Of a DNA stretch of 64,000 bases, positions 51,802-64,000 are shown piece by piece. The translations under genes were made by a program, and so were the position numbers. Position 1 is the first letter of the stretch, and the number at the start of each line of letters is the position of its first letter. The notes beneath the pieces are model-generated. The model did not search any database and was not told the DNA's origin. It saw only the letters and a program-made list of their open reading frames with translations. Source of the DNA: Lama guanicoe (lineage: Eukaryota); the NCBI GenBank assembly GCA_013239625.1, contig MU054323.1, positions 11,989,815 to 12,053,814 of the forward strand, given 5' to 3'.

Positions 51802-54800
51802 CTAGAGAGATGACCAACACTCACACAGAGATATCTGCAAAGAGTTCTCACAGAAGCCAGAGAACCGAGATTATTACTATCAGATGAAATCAGGGTGTGA
51901 CACCTGTCCCCGCACCAAGGGGAACAGCAGCTACCTCTGCCCCCTCCCACTCACCTCTGCTTAAGGTAAGGCCTCTGCTTTAACTACTTTCTCTCACTTA
52001 ATTAATATAGATGAGATAATGTGAGAATAAACAAACAGGCCTCTCCTGGAAGCTGCAGGGAAATTCAATTTTAAGAAACTTTGTCTGTAAAAGCTAGATC
52101 TTATTTTGCCAAAGCACCTCTTTGTGAGCCCTTTCCCTCTTCGGTACCGCTTTCTGAGGAAGCCCCCACAAGAGAAATCCCCTTCAGTTTTCTCGGCACT
52201 CAAGAGCCTCCATTTGTAGACCAGTCAAGGTCCATGGGGAATGCCTGGGCGCCTCCCAGGCTGGGGTCTTTGTGGGACTCCTGCTAAAGGGGTCCAAGAC
52301 CAGATCTGGGCCCAGAGATGAGGCCAGCCCCTGTGCCTGATGGTACTTTTTCGGCACTTCTTGCCAGAAAGCTCACCCTCCATTCCTCACTGTGGGCCTG
52401 ATCTGGAGGAAGGGTACAGGTCTGATGACCCATTGCCTACGGGGAAAGGACTCGCTCAGGACCTCTTGGGGTGCCAGTGACAGAGCACGGAATAGAGCCC
52501 CGATTGCTACCTCCTAGAACCAATGCACTGAAGATGGGGAAAGGGTGTGTCCATCTGCCTGATCTGCCCCAAGGAGGCAGGAGTCTCAGCTCAGGGCCTC
52601 AGAAGAACTACAGAATCGTAGGGTTGTGCCAAGAGGCTAAAGTGGGGAAAACTCTCAGGCACAGACCCAGACACATTGCCGGGGCAGCCAGATCCTGGGG
52701 GAGGAGGCTGGGGATGGCCCTTCCAGACAGGAATCACGGGACACACCATGCATGCTGACAGTTCCCAAAGAGTGAGTCACAGCCCACCAATTTTCCCAAG
52801 GAAGTTCTCAGAGGGCCAAGGAGGCCGAAGGTGTGGCCTTTGAGAACTTGAAAGCTCTGTCAGACTTGCTGCAGCCCCTGAACATGCTGCCCTGCGGGCA
52901 GAACCCTCCTGCATTCACTGCATGACCTTTGGGTCTCAGAGCTGCTCTATCTATTCAGGACCTCCCCACCACCACCTTGACCTCGGCCTCTGTATCTGGA
53001 CAGAAAGGAAGAGAGAGAGGCTCCTATAGTGCCTCTTCCCATCCCTCTTTCTGGAGAGGGAGTAACATGAAGGGATTACCAGGCCCTGCATACAGTAAGA
53101 CGACAGCCTCACTCGCCCAGTCCTTATGCGGAAGGATGCATATTTTCCAGATAATTAAAGTACCAGCACATTCTTACATGAATCTTTTTTCTTGATAATT
53201 CACTGATAGGTTCATGACATAAGTTATTGGGATGTGCAATAATGTGTCACCGCCCTCAAGGCTGACAGAGGTTGGAGAAGGCTGGGTTTTTCCCTCAAGA
53301 GATTTCCACTTTTCTCCGATGGCAAAAACTACAGGGCTTGTGCGTTTCCTTCCTTGCTGCTCGATGGCTGTTGTCCTTTCTTGCTGTGAACAGGCCGCCT
53401 CCCCCTAGCAGACCCTCCTCACCCTTCTCTGGTGTGTGCTATGGCCATGAAAACTAGATAATTGAGTTTGTTAGAACTGTGCATAAAATAAGAGTTAAAA
53501 GGCTCTGAATAAAGGCCTTGAGGGCCTCCAGTGAGTAACATGCATGAGCTTCTGCGTGCACATTGGGTGCCAGTCACTTTGGCCGCTGAGAGCACCCAGC
53601 TCTGCTCTGCATGCCAGGCAGCCACAGTGCGGGAGGTGCTGCCACACACTGGACTCAGGGACCATTTGATTGAGCTAAACTCTGACGCTCGGAAGGAGCA
53701 TAACTGTCAGCTACACTCAAAAGCCCTTCTCTTTTGAGACTGTAGCAGGGCTGGTTAGACTGTATCTCTGAGAAGCTGCCTATGAAATAAATACATGGAC
53801 AAGGTGAACAATTCCTGGCTCTCAGGGAAGCCTAAGCAAATATTGCATAACTAAAGAAATATACCAGCATCATAATTTATGCTGCCATTTATTTCAGCTG
53901 TGCCAGGTGTTGTTCTAAGGGCTTTACAAGAAATACTTCCCACAAACACTGTAAGGTAGGTATTATTATAACCTCCATTTTAGAAACAAGGAAATTTGCT
54001 CAAGGTCATCCATCAATGAAGTGATGGGACGGGACTTGAACCCAGGTTTGCAGTCATTAAATCTAAACTTTCAGTCACTTTCATTTAAATCCATACTTTC
54101 TGGTCCCTTCTCACCAACAGCATTTACCAGGGTGTGGTGTTTTCCATCCTTTGAAGCCCCATCTCCACCTCCACCCTTCTGGACTATTTGGGCACAATAC
54201 CCCTTTCGCACTGTACCCAACTCTAAAGGTCAGTAAAAGGCACGGGAGGCTGTGACTCTCCCGTCAACCCAGAATCAAATTGAGATGTGACAGTTTGGTT
54301 GGAGTCAGGATCAACTTGACCCACCTGGGGAACCAGGTAAAATCTGGGCAGATGAAGCCAGCCCTCTGCCCTCCTTCCCAGATGGCAGGTGTGTGTCTGT
54401 GTTATGTAATCAATGCCCATGCACCCCAGCTGTGGTTTCTCACTTAGAGTTCTATGAACAGTGCTGGGATTCACAAACTGTCTGGAGATCTAATTACCAG
54501 TTTCATAAACCCAGGGGAGTGCCAACTGCAGAAACCAACCAAGACAGGAAAAGAAGAGGGAGGTGAGTGCTGAGTCAGGCTGGTTTGCTGTTAAATGCCA
54601 GGTTCAGCACCTGTGCCATGGGCTGAGTGTGCCTGTCTCGCTCAGGAAGGCTGCCAAGCCCAGATGCCCTGGAGGAAGTTAACTCTTGGGCAGTGTATTT
54701 CTTCCAGGAACCAGCTGTCCAGGACTTCCCTGGAAGGAAAGTCTCCATGCTATTGATGAGAACGTTCCCCGACATCCCAGAATAAGAATGGCAGAGTCCA

Positions 54801-54958
54801 ACGCTCACGCCAGGCACCTGCAGCAGGAGGACCTGATCACTGGCCATCTTATCTTTCTTCTCTGTAACCTAGAGGCCCTTGGCATCCCTCCCAACTGTGA
54901 TCCCTGAGTGTTGCTGCCTCAGGAGCAGGGCCACTGCTGTCCTAGGGCCCCCACATAC

Positions 54959-55020
54959 CTTGGCGAAGGTCCGGAAGCCCTGGAGGATGGGTCTGTAGCC
55001 TGTACAGCGGCACAGGTTTC
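54959..55020 (-). CDS. XDH: XDH exon 6 (62 nt)
   Basis: [21 protein letters not shown]. Confidence 0.96.
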
Positions 55021-55649
55021 CTATGGTCCAAGGAAAAAGCTGTAATGTCAGTGCAGCCCCAGGGCAGGTAATGGGTCTGTGGCTTTGCTCCCAGCTCAGA
55101 CAGATGCTCTCTTTACATATTCTGTTTTCTCTGCTCAGAATGGCCCTTCCTCCTGCTTGCATCTCTGACTTCAAAACATCTACCACTCCTTCCAGGAAGC
55201 CTCCCTAGAATGCCTAGACTGAATCAAGTACCCCTCCTAAATGCTCCCATGGTCCCTAGTCATAGATTTATCAAACTACATTGTAAACTCTCTTCCCCTT
55301 CACAGTACAAATTCCTTGAGAGTAGGGACTGAGTCTTTCATCCCTGTGTCCCTTGTATCTTGTAGAGTGACTGACATACGATAGGACTGAATATAACTGA
55401 TTGCATAAATGATGGATTGAAACGATGAATGGATGGCGAGCCTTCTCCATTCAATTCAGAGAAACAGACACCAGGTCCAGACACCTGAGCCCACTCACAG
55501 AAGGCAAATTGGGTAGCCAGTTCCTGCCTGAGGCTCAGAATCCCAGCCACCTTCTTCATACATGGCCTTCGCCCTGCAGAATCCTGTTCTGGGGAAAGCT
55601 GCAGGGGACAGAAGCCATGTCACTTAAATGGGTTGTCTGTTTGCTTGGT

Positions 55650-56140
55650 TTTTAATTGAAGTGCAGTTGATTTAAAATGTTGTGTTAGTTTCTGGTGTAC
55701 AGCATGGATGGACTTGGAGGGCATTATGCTAAGTGAAACAAGTCAGAGAGAGAAAGACAAATACTGTAAGATATCACTTACATGTGGAATCTAAAAAAAT
55801 ACAACAAATTAGTGAATATAACAGAAAAGAAACACTCAGAGATGTTGAGAAGGAACTAGTGGTTACCAGGGGGGAGAGGGAAGGAGCAGGGGCAAGACAG
55901 AGATGGAGGATTAAGAGGTACAAGCTATCAGGTATAAAATAAGCTACAAGGATGTATTGTATTCCAAGCATGAGGAATATAGTCAATGTTTTATAATAAC
56001 TAGAAATGGAGCATAACCCTTAAAAATTGTGAATTGCTATATTGCATACCTGTAACAGATAATATTGTACATCAATTACACTTTAATTTTTTAAATATGA
56101 TTATGCAATATAAATACATAAATAAATAAAGTTTAAAAAA
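55650..56140. mobile_element. L1 3' fragment (+) fused to a short inverted L1 tail (-)
   Basis: 55650-55703 is a reversed L1 3' terminus; 55704-56140 is the end of ORF2, 3'UTR and A-rich tail. Confidence 0.8.
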
Positions 56141-56329
56141 ATTTTTTAATAGGAAAGGGCCAGCCTTCCAATAAATCTTAGCCACTGTGCTGGGATGGCC
56201 CAAGCCTTTCCTTCAGAGGGCAGTGCCTCAAACCCCTAGTCCACTCCTAGCTTCCATTCTGGCCCTGCCTGCCCTCCTCAGAGCCCCACTTGCCACCCCA
56301 CCTCCTGGGCCGGGCCTCAGGGGCCGTAC

Positions 56330-56456
56330 CTTGGAAGGCATCCTCGATCTCCTCAACGGTGGGCTCGGGCTGATTCCTAAGTAGTGTGTACATGCTCATG
56401 ACGATGCCGGGGGTGCAGAACCCGCACTGGGAGCCATGGCTTTTGGCAATTCTCTC
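56330..56456 (-). CDS. XDH: XDH exon 5 (127 nt)
   Basis: [42 protein letters not shown]. Confidence 0.96.
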
Positions 56457-57174
56457 CTAAAAGGGACAGACGATGTAGACATCTGTTTTGGCAGAACCCC
56501 TTGCAGGCTCCCTACATGGCTCAGCTGAAGCCAGTCCCGCTGACAGGCAGTGCAGTGTAGCAGTCACTGCACAGTCAAATCCTACTGCTGCCACTTACCA
56601 ACTGCGCCCTCCACCAGGTTCCCAAGCCTCCCTAAGCTTTGTCTGTAGGATCCTCCCAGCATTTGTGTCTAGAGCTGTGCTGAGGCTCCAATGAGATTAT
56701 TCATATAAGACTCTTAACATCATGCCTGGCACAGAGCAGGGAGTCGACCAACAGTAGTTATTAACAGGAAAGTCTCCTCAAAGAACAGCGACTACTAGGG
56801 CCAGTCCCTTCACTAGACAGAGGCAGAAGCAGGCCTAGAGGCTTAACAGGTTTATGCAAGATCACACAAGGTGAAGGTGAGCGCTGCGCCAGGCTCCTTT
56901 CACTGCACTACCCACAAGATGAAATCGACCAAATGAATGCATTTCATTTCAAATTAGTATGCTACTGTATTGTCCAATCAAGACGTAAGATGTGGGAAAT
57001 GTGTCATGTAGAATTTGTGCTTTCATTGAATGTCACAGAATTCTCATTCAACCCTGCAAGGTTACAAGGAGAGTCTCCTCATCCATACTATTCTTCAGTC
57101 CCTTGGGAATCTCTCTTGGTGCTTATGTTAAGCAAAATTGCTAGAATGTTGTATTCCCAGTGCCAGGTATATAC

Positions 57175-58440
57175 AGTTGCTCATTTGACAAATATTTACT
57201 GAGAACTTATTACATGCCAGCTGTGGTGAAGACACTGGGGCTGGAGAGTGAAGGAGACAAGGTCCCAGGTCTCATGAAGCTCGTATCCTAGTAGGCGAGA
57301 TACTGACAAAAATTTAAAGTGGAGGTCAGCGCTATGTAGAGAATTAGTACAAGATGACATGACCCAGAGTTACTTGTAGCTACTTGGAGTGGTCAGAAAT
57401 GGCCACTCTGAAAATATGACCTTAAAGTCTAAGTTAATAATGTGATTTGGAACAGGGAAGAGTGTATCCCAGACAGAGGGAAGAGCAGGTGCAAAGGCTC
57501 TGAGCACCAACAGTGGAAGAGTCTGGTGTGCTAAAGCCACTGAGAAGCCAGGGTGGGTGGGGCCCCTGGGAGAGAGATGCCAGCTGGGAAAAGGGGCGGC
57601 AGCCAGACCGTGCTGCCTGTCATAGGCCAGGGTTAGGAGCCTGGATTTTTACTCTGGGTGTGAAGATGGGAATCTTTTAGGGGAATTTCAGGACTTGATG
57701 TAATCTAATTTGCATTTTTAAAGAATCACTCTAGCTGTTGGGAATGGGTTATGGGGGCAAGAGAAGAAACAGAGGACCAGGACACTGAAGTGGCCCAGGC
57801 AAGAGGGGGTGGTGGCTGTGACCAAGCAGTAATAGGGGAAGCTGAGAAAAACATGGAGGTTTCACTGGAGGTTTTGGAGGAAGAGGAGATGCTACTTTTG
57901 GATTGATTGGGTGGGGTATCTGAGAGAAAGCAACACAGATGACTCCTATAATTTTGTCTTGAGCAATCGGGTGAATGCCTTTGCCACTGACTCAGAAGGA
58001 GGAAGACTGGGAAGAAAGAAGGTTGGGGGAATAGGGTTTTGTTAAGTTGGAGATTAGACATCCATCTAGTGATGTCTAGTAGGCAGCTGGAAATAGGAGT
58101 CTGACCTCTGAAGAGAGGTCAAAGCTGAAGAAAGAAATATGGGTGCCTTCACATGTGGATGGTATTAAACTCACCCGGGGAGAGTGTGAAGATGGGGAAG
58201 TGAAGGGGCCCAGGCCAGATCCCTGGGGTGCTGCAGCGATTAGGGACTGAGCAGAGGAGCCGCCGCACACAGTGCAAGCGTGGAGATGGGAGGAAGGAAG
58301 GGAAGTGTAGTGTCACAGGAACCAAGAGAAAAACGTAAATGGACAAGGCCAAGTGTAGTCTGGCCCTGCAGCTTATATGGATCCAAAAGAAGTGCATCAG
58401 GAATAAGGATCTGCACCATTGGAAAGGGAGGGTTTTCGCC
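57175..58440 (-). mobile_element. LINE-2 fragment
   Basis: aaatatttactgagaacttattacatgccag...agggaagagcaggtgcaaaggctctgag...ttagacatccatctagtgatgtctagtaggcagctgg. Confidence 0.8.
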
Positions 58441-59534
58441 TGATTATACGAGTATGATCTCAGCATTTAAAAGTTTCATTCGTTCATCTATTTGTTTCAA
58501 AGATAATTACAGGTCCTCATTAATCCTCTCATACTTGCTGCAGGTTGGACAATTTTAGTAATTTTCCCTTTTCCTGCCTAGGAAGCAAAGTCACAGAGAT
58601 GAAGGAATCCCACCCTACCCTGCTCTGACCCCCTGCAACTGGTCCAAGATGCTCCCTCAGAGACGTATAATTAGCTGACTTCAACCGTGGCCCAGGCTCC
58701 AGGATGCACGTGAGTGGCCCAAGGGAGGCATGATCTGAATGGCATGTCTCCTCAAATGGTCAAGGGAAGATTAAGAAAAGGGCCTGGCTCAGGCACCTTC
58801 TGTGACTGTAATCTCTCGTGACCTCCTGCCTTGGTTTCCCTAAACAAGAAGCACAGGGAACAGTGCCCTTTCCTTCCCACAGTGCTCCGTTCCCAGGTGG
58901 GCTCCATTCCACCTTGTCTCCGAGCATCCTTTCTCTCTCCATGAACCCCTCAGACTACTGCCCACTCTTCCCCGAAACATTCCCAATTTCAATCCCTCCT
59001 TAGGTGCTTGAAACCATCAGAGAGAAAGCCTTGATTAGACACCCGGGTGTCTCTTTTCTCTGACTCAGCCCTGGCTGAGCTCACGTTTGTATGATCTGTG
59101 GGTGGGAGGTAACAGGGGCAATGGAATTACCATGGGAGAGAGCAGTGAGTCAGTGGGCTTTTATCAAGGGGCACAGAGCTTTTGGAATCGTCCATCTGAG
59201 AAGGCAGGGGTTTCCTAAGCCCACTTGGGCACAAGGTGAGGAAGTGCCCCTGCCCCTCCTCCCTCCAGCTCTAGCACAGCTGGACTTCCCAGCCACCAGA
59301 TCCAGTTCATCTCTTGGTTCCCTGGAGGCCATGCAATGTTACATCCACCAGGCCACAGGAGGGGACTTCGGGCTCAGGTGCCTCCTCTTTCTCCCTCACA
59401 GCCACCCTCATCCCCATGCCCACCCACAAGGAGATGAGAGGTGGTCAGGTCAGAATGCCTCCATTGCCCAGGCAGTGACACTCAACCCAACAACCCAGAA
59501 CAAGTCTGCAGCCTTGGTAAGAGCCTCCGGTTAC

Positions 59535-59643
59535 CTGGACAGGATGCAGCCTCGTCTTGGTGCTTCCTATTCCTTCCACGGTTGTCACGGCAATATGGTG
59601 TAAGGAGCAGATGGGAGTGAGGCAGGCATTGGCAGAAAAGTGG
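59535..59643 (-). CDS. XDH: XDH exon 4 (109 nt)
   Basis: [40 protein letters not shown] ends. Confidence 0.96.
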
Positions 59644-59655
59644 CTGGAACCCCAG

Positions 59656-59664
59656 ATTAAGGTC
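59656..59664 (-). promoter_or_regulatory. U12-type branch point, intron 3 (GACCTTAAT)
   Basis: CCTTAA core 12 nt before exon 4, followed by a G-rich (non-polypyrimidine) acceptor. Confidence 0.8.
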
Positions 59665-60144
59665 ATTTCATTGTCCTCTCAGGTCATCAGAGTGGACCTG
59701 AGTGCAGGGTCTGGGAGATCTGTGATGCTTCGTGTCATTTCTCTTCACTCTACATCATGTTCTTGTCTTTTCCACAGGTGTCCTCACCTCTCCACCCAAG
59801 GCTCAGGGCCCAAACCCCTCAAGGGTCCTCTGGGATCAGGCATCAGTGCACCTAGGCATTTGAGCTGGAACACTGGAGCCAGTATCAATTTCAGCTGCCT
59901 CTTCCTTAGCCCCACCCTGGAGACTGAGTAAAGAGGAAGCTTCTGGCAGTTTCCAGGCCCAGCACATGCTCCTCTCTCTGCTGGGCCCTTCCTTAGCCTC
60001 CTTAATTTCAGAATTTCCTGTCACTTTTGCTTCCCTGCTTTCACCCACCTCCATTTCACCCCTTCCTCTGCAGGGAGGCGGAGAGGAAAATCCAGAGGTG
60101 ACATGAAACACCATCCCCTTAGAGCTTCCCCACATCCACCCCTT

Positions 60145-60760
60145 TACTCATCAGTCATTCAATCATACATATAGCCAATATGAGTTACTGAATACCAACC
60201 ATAAGCCAGGCACCCTGCCAAGGGCTGAGGAAATAAAGGTGAATAAGATGACGTCTCAGTCCTTTAATAGCTTGCCTTCAATTCAAGAAAATAGAAGCCA
60301 GTGTGAAGATGCAGTTTAAATATCTTACAGTAACTGCTTCAGGAGGGCTGTGCATAGGGCACTACAGGGCCAGCACAGACAAGGTGTATCTAACCCAATC
60401 TGGGAAGTCAAAGAAGGCTTCCTGGAGGAGGGGATGTTTTGCTCAGTCCTAAAGAACTATTAAGAGTTAGCCAGCTAGAGAAATCCTGGAAGAAAAGACA
60501 TCCAAGACAAGAAACAGCTTATGCAAAGAGCAAGAAATGAGTGGGTATGAAGCATCAGTAGTTCACCAATGTTTCTGCATGAATGGAGTGCAGGGTCCAT
60601 GAAGAGAAAGAAAACTGGAAAGGGGAGGCAAATTGCAGGGCCTCATGTGTTGAGCAAAAAGATTGGACTTTAATTTGGGGGCAATGGGGGGCCAACTGAA
60701 GGATTTCACAGGATGTGGAATGAGTCTGCATTTTAGAAAGGTCATTTTATCAGCAGTTCA
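60145..60760 (-). mobile_element. LINE-2 fragment
   Basis: cattcaatcat...ttactgaatacc...gccaggcac...gaaggcttcctggaggag. Confidence 0.72.
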
Positions 60761-60948
60761 GAGTCTTGTCTATATTTATAAGTCAGGAAGATACTTCCTA
60801 AGATGTCATTCTATAATGTGCTTGTCCATGATCAGAGCCTTCTCAGAAATGCAGGGGCTCATCCACTCGTGCACACACACACATGTACACTCAATCAAAA
60901 GCTGGCCCCCTGCACCCTAGTCCTCACAAGGGCAATCCACCTGCAGGC

Positions 60949-60957
60949 AAAGGATAC
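60949..60957 (-). promoter_or_regulatory. U12-type 5' splice site, intron 3 (GTATCCTTT)
   Basis: Perfect U12 donor consensus. Confidence 0.92.
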
Positions 60958-61054
60958 ATGATCTTGTCCTGCAGACGATCATACTTGGAAAGCATCACTG
61001 TGCAAGCCCCACAGCCCCCTTCTCCACAGCCCAGCTTGGTCCCTCTCAGCCCCA
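60958..61054 (-). CDS. XDH: XDH exon 3 (97 nt), 2Fe-2S ligands
   Basis: ccag|[32 protein letters not shown]|gtatccttt. Confidence 0.96.
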
Positions 61055-61067
61055 CTGGATGGTCAAG

Positions 61068-61076
61068 GTTAAGGAA
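61068..61076 (-). promoter_or_regulatory. U12-type branch point, intron 2 (TTCCTTAAC)
   Basis: Perfect U12 branch consensus 13 nt before exon 3, with no polypyrimidine tract between. Confidence 0.9.
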
Positions 61077-63842
61077 CATGAACACAGAGGAAAGACTCTT
61101 TGCTAGGCTGCTGAAAAACGAATGGGCTTACCTGTGAGTGCAGAGCCATCCGTCCACACACAGGTTCAGGCTCCTCGACCCAGGAGGCAGCAGACCCAGG
61201 TGCCCTTCCGTTTAGAGAGGTTTCTGTCCCTGGGGATGCAGGACATGGGGCCAGCCCCACTGGACAGAGAGAAAAGGCATCCGCACCCAAGTCTCATCTC
61301 CTGGGACTGGAGTTCTATTCCTCTTTAGTCTTGGAGACTCTCCTTGGGATTGGGGTCTTCTAGGCATGGTCTTACAGAGCCCCACCCCTGCGGTTTCACT
61401 GGGCAGGTGAATCAGGCATCCCAGAGACTGAGCGTGTGGGGCAGCCCTCACGTCCCCCAGCCCACGTGCAATGAAGCCATTCGGACCAGAATGAGCTCTT
61501 GATCTCTTCTGGGACTTGCTGAGTCCAGCCTTCCCCCTAAAACCTTTTGGGTTGATGAGGTCCAGGGAACAAAATTAGGGCTGGACTAGGGCTTTCTGAA
61601 TCTCCAGCCCATATGATACGTGAATGGAATTAAAATGAATTAATATATTTGAAGTCAGGAATCAATACTGGAGCCCTTTCTTACATAGACTTGGGGAAAT
61701 AAAGACTCTGATACTTTGCATTTGAAAAGTGCCTAACTAACAAAGAGATTATTCTGGAGAACCACAATTATAGCGGCCTCTTTCCCTGGGACACGTGGGC
61801 TCCTCTGCTGCTTTTCCCTCAGGTCCACAGGCCTCCAGACCATCCAGCTTCCTACTGAAAATGGAGGGAGCTGATGAAATTAATAGAGATAAAGATGAAT
61901 GGATTTAGAGACAAAATGAATACTAATAATGACAGAGCATCTTATACTTGGAAAGCACTTATCCTTGGACCGGTTTCACTGACACACTAATCTGGTTAGC
62001 AGGTGGGGCATAAACCACCATTTCCCCATGTATTTAAAAAAAAAAAAAACTAAGACCCAAGACGTGGCATGAGTCCTGCAAGGTAACAGTCACTCCTGTT
62101 ACCCTGAGTGTTAGGGCCCAAACACAGTCATCTGACTCCAGACATGGGGCCTCCACCTTCACCACACTGCCGCCTCTTTTAAAACACAGCTGAAGAGGGC
62201 CTACTAGATCCTGAGTGATTTTTTTTTTCACTAGTCAGGACATACAAGATCAGCAGTTCAGACCACTCTAGGGGCACACTGGAACAAATGGAAGGTGCTC
62301 AGAGCAGTCTGGAGGTCGCCTGCTGGCCAGGGGATCTTTCTGGAAGCCAGGGCAGAAGTTGAGCCCAGGGTCTTCTCTTTTGCCCAGAACTCCCACAGAT
62401 GAACCCTCAGCATGGGCAGCAACGAGCCATGAGGCCTTCAGAGATATACGCCAACTTTCAGGTTTGGATTTCATTTGAGATTTGTCCCTCAAACCAGCCA
62501 ACCACTACGGTCAAGAATTTATGAGGCTTTCCAGCCTTCAAAACTTTGTTAGAAAAATGAAATAGATATTAACAATCCCTGAGAATGAGCCTCTCTTCCC
62601 AGACAGCCCAGGTAGATGGGCTGGAAATGGAGTTCCATGCAGTCCCCTGACCCCACTGAGCAATTCCACCTCTACAAAAACGCCATCAGGTCTGTGTTCT
62701 GTGAACCTCCAGACCTGCCCCCTCCAGGTCAAAAATCCAGGACAAAGTACATGACAGCCAGCCTCTCTCTGACAGGAGGCGAAAGAACCAGAGGGAAGGT
62801 CATGGAGTCCAGGCTTGTCTCCGTGGGTGTTGTTTGTTGTTCCCAAATACATCACCAGAAGGAGTCACCAGACACTCCGCTTCTGGGAGAGATGAGGGCT
62901 TGCTGACAGAGGTCAAGAGGAGCATTGGTCCACAACAGGCCCCCAGAGAGTTGCCAGTATGGGAGGGAAGTTAAGAGTGTGGCTCTGGGCTTCAGTCCAG
63001 GTCTGCCAGCATGTGCCCAGAATACACGTGGGAGAGGAGTGTCTCGTAGCACGTCCAGCCTCACTTCCTCCTCCATCCAAGGGAATGGCTGTGGGATAGT
63101 GAGGTAACCTACGCACATCATGTTGAAATTCACCTCTATGTGGTCAGTTGCCATCAAAAGCTCCTATCTTTGCTGTTTTTTTTTTCTGGGGCCTCAGAAT
63201 ACTTTCTTACTTTGGAAAAACCAAAGGTATGGGGGTCTTATAGAAGCTCCACCCCAACACCGGGAGCAGAGCAGTACCCCAACCCGCTTGGGAGTCCCTC
63301 AGCCCAGGCTTCCCAGTGCCCGCCACTCCCACAGTGCAGGGAGCCTCTACACAGTTCCCACCTGAGGCACCCCTTTCCCAAGAAACACCCCATCCCTGGA
63401 CTTCCCCTCCAACTTGGCAGAGTTGGAAACGCTCCCTGGGAAGTCCATGTATGTGTTCACAGAGGTCTGCAGAGGCAGGGCCCACTCCTCCTGTGGGGAG
63501 GGATGACCATGAAGCTGGCCAGGGCTGATGAGGGCCTTACAGAGCCGTTTGTTCTACAGGCCCAGGACTAAACCTGAGTCTTAAATGCAAGAGACCTTGA
63601 AGAGTATCAAGAACAATATTCTTACTGGATAGCTGAGAATTTCAGAGTCCAAATAACTTCCCAAGTCACATAGCTGCCAAGTGACAGAGCTGCAATGAAA
63701 ACGCAAGTGACCAAGTGACCAGGGCCCTGGCCCAGGGCTCTTTCCTCAGCACTTCACGGCCCCCAGACCAGTCACTAGCAAATGGCATAAGGCCCAGAGA
63801 ATGACCCTCCAGTGCCCCCTCGGCTTCACCCCCACTCCAAAG

Positions 63843-63851
63843 TCAGGATAC
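63843..63851 (-). promoter_or_regulatory. U12-type 5' splice site, intron 2 (GTATCCTGA)
   Basis: Matches RTATCCT of the U11-recognised donor consensus. Confidence 0.88.
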
Positions 63852-63909
63852 ACTTTCTTCTCAGGTAGGCCAAAAGGGTTGTTTCTGGATCTGCATTTTT
63901 CTCCACCAC
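63852..63909 (-). CDS. XDH: XDH exon 2 (58 nt)
   Basis: tatag|VVEKNADPETTLLAYLRRK|gtatcctg. Confidence 0.96.
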
Positions 63910-64000
63910 CTATAAAAACAAAAACAAGTGAAAACTATATCATAGGTATATTCAGCCATTGTCTCATCCAAGAATTTGTCAAGTTAATGGGGACGTGCTA

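Larger units (their letters stand above)
11640..63909 (-). other. XDH: XDH gene body (exons 2-36 plus 3'UTR); exon 1 and promoter outside the window
   Basis: 35 exons splice in frame with GT-AG ends into a 3957-nt CDS matching xanthine oxidoreductase (2Fe-2S, FAD and Moco domains). GGKET, MERA, GISFT and VGEPP motifs indicate XDH rather than AOX. Confidence 0.98.

Noticed and set aside
39430..55200. Scattered TTCnnnGAA (STAT5-like) sites, attractive because XDH is a lactation gene
   Set aside because: The motif is short, and I saw no clustering beyond what chance could give.
13120..63909. XDH pseudogene, or an aldehyde oxidase paralog
   Set aside because: Exon phases join correctly, I saw no stops, and the XDH-specific Glu802 and Arg880 are present.
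1..64000. CRISPR arrays, tRNA, rRNA or snRNA genes, prokaryotic systems
   Set aside because: None recognised. This is intron-rich mammalian DNA.

Overview
Mammalian genomic DNA, probably a non-ruminant artiodactyl and possibly a camelid (inference). Most of the window is the xanthine dehydrogenase/oxidase gene XDH on the minus strand. I traced 35 coding exons by hand (exons 2-36, 63909 down to the TGA at 13120). All are GT-AG, in frame, and total 3957 nt. Exon 1 (about 14 codons) and the promoter lie beyond the right edge. The inferred protein is 1332 aa, or 1333 with a NAGNAG acceptor, and keeps the Fe-S cysteines and the catalytic Q767, E802, R880, F914, F1009 and E1261. Introns 2 and 3 both carry minor-spliceosome (U12) signals. 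Intron 14 holds an ~830-bp degenerate, CpG-rich CTG/CTA triplet array that starts ~25 nt from the exon 14 donor. The left 11 kb is intergenic, with the 3' end of a young LINE-1 and older L1, MIR and MaLR relics. The introns hold L1, L2, MIR, hAT, Tigger and ERVL-LTR relics. I found no convincing new multi-gene system. The best leads are the intronic triplet array, the tandem U12 introns and substitutions next to the Mo active site. Reference protein comparisons and repeat-family names are from memory and need checking by alignment or RepeatMasker.
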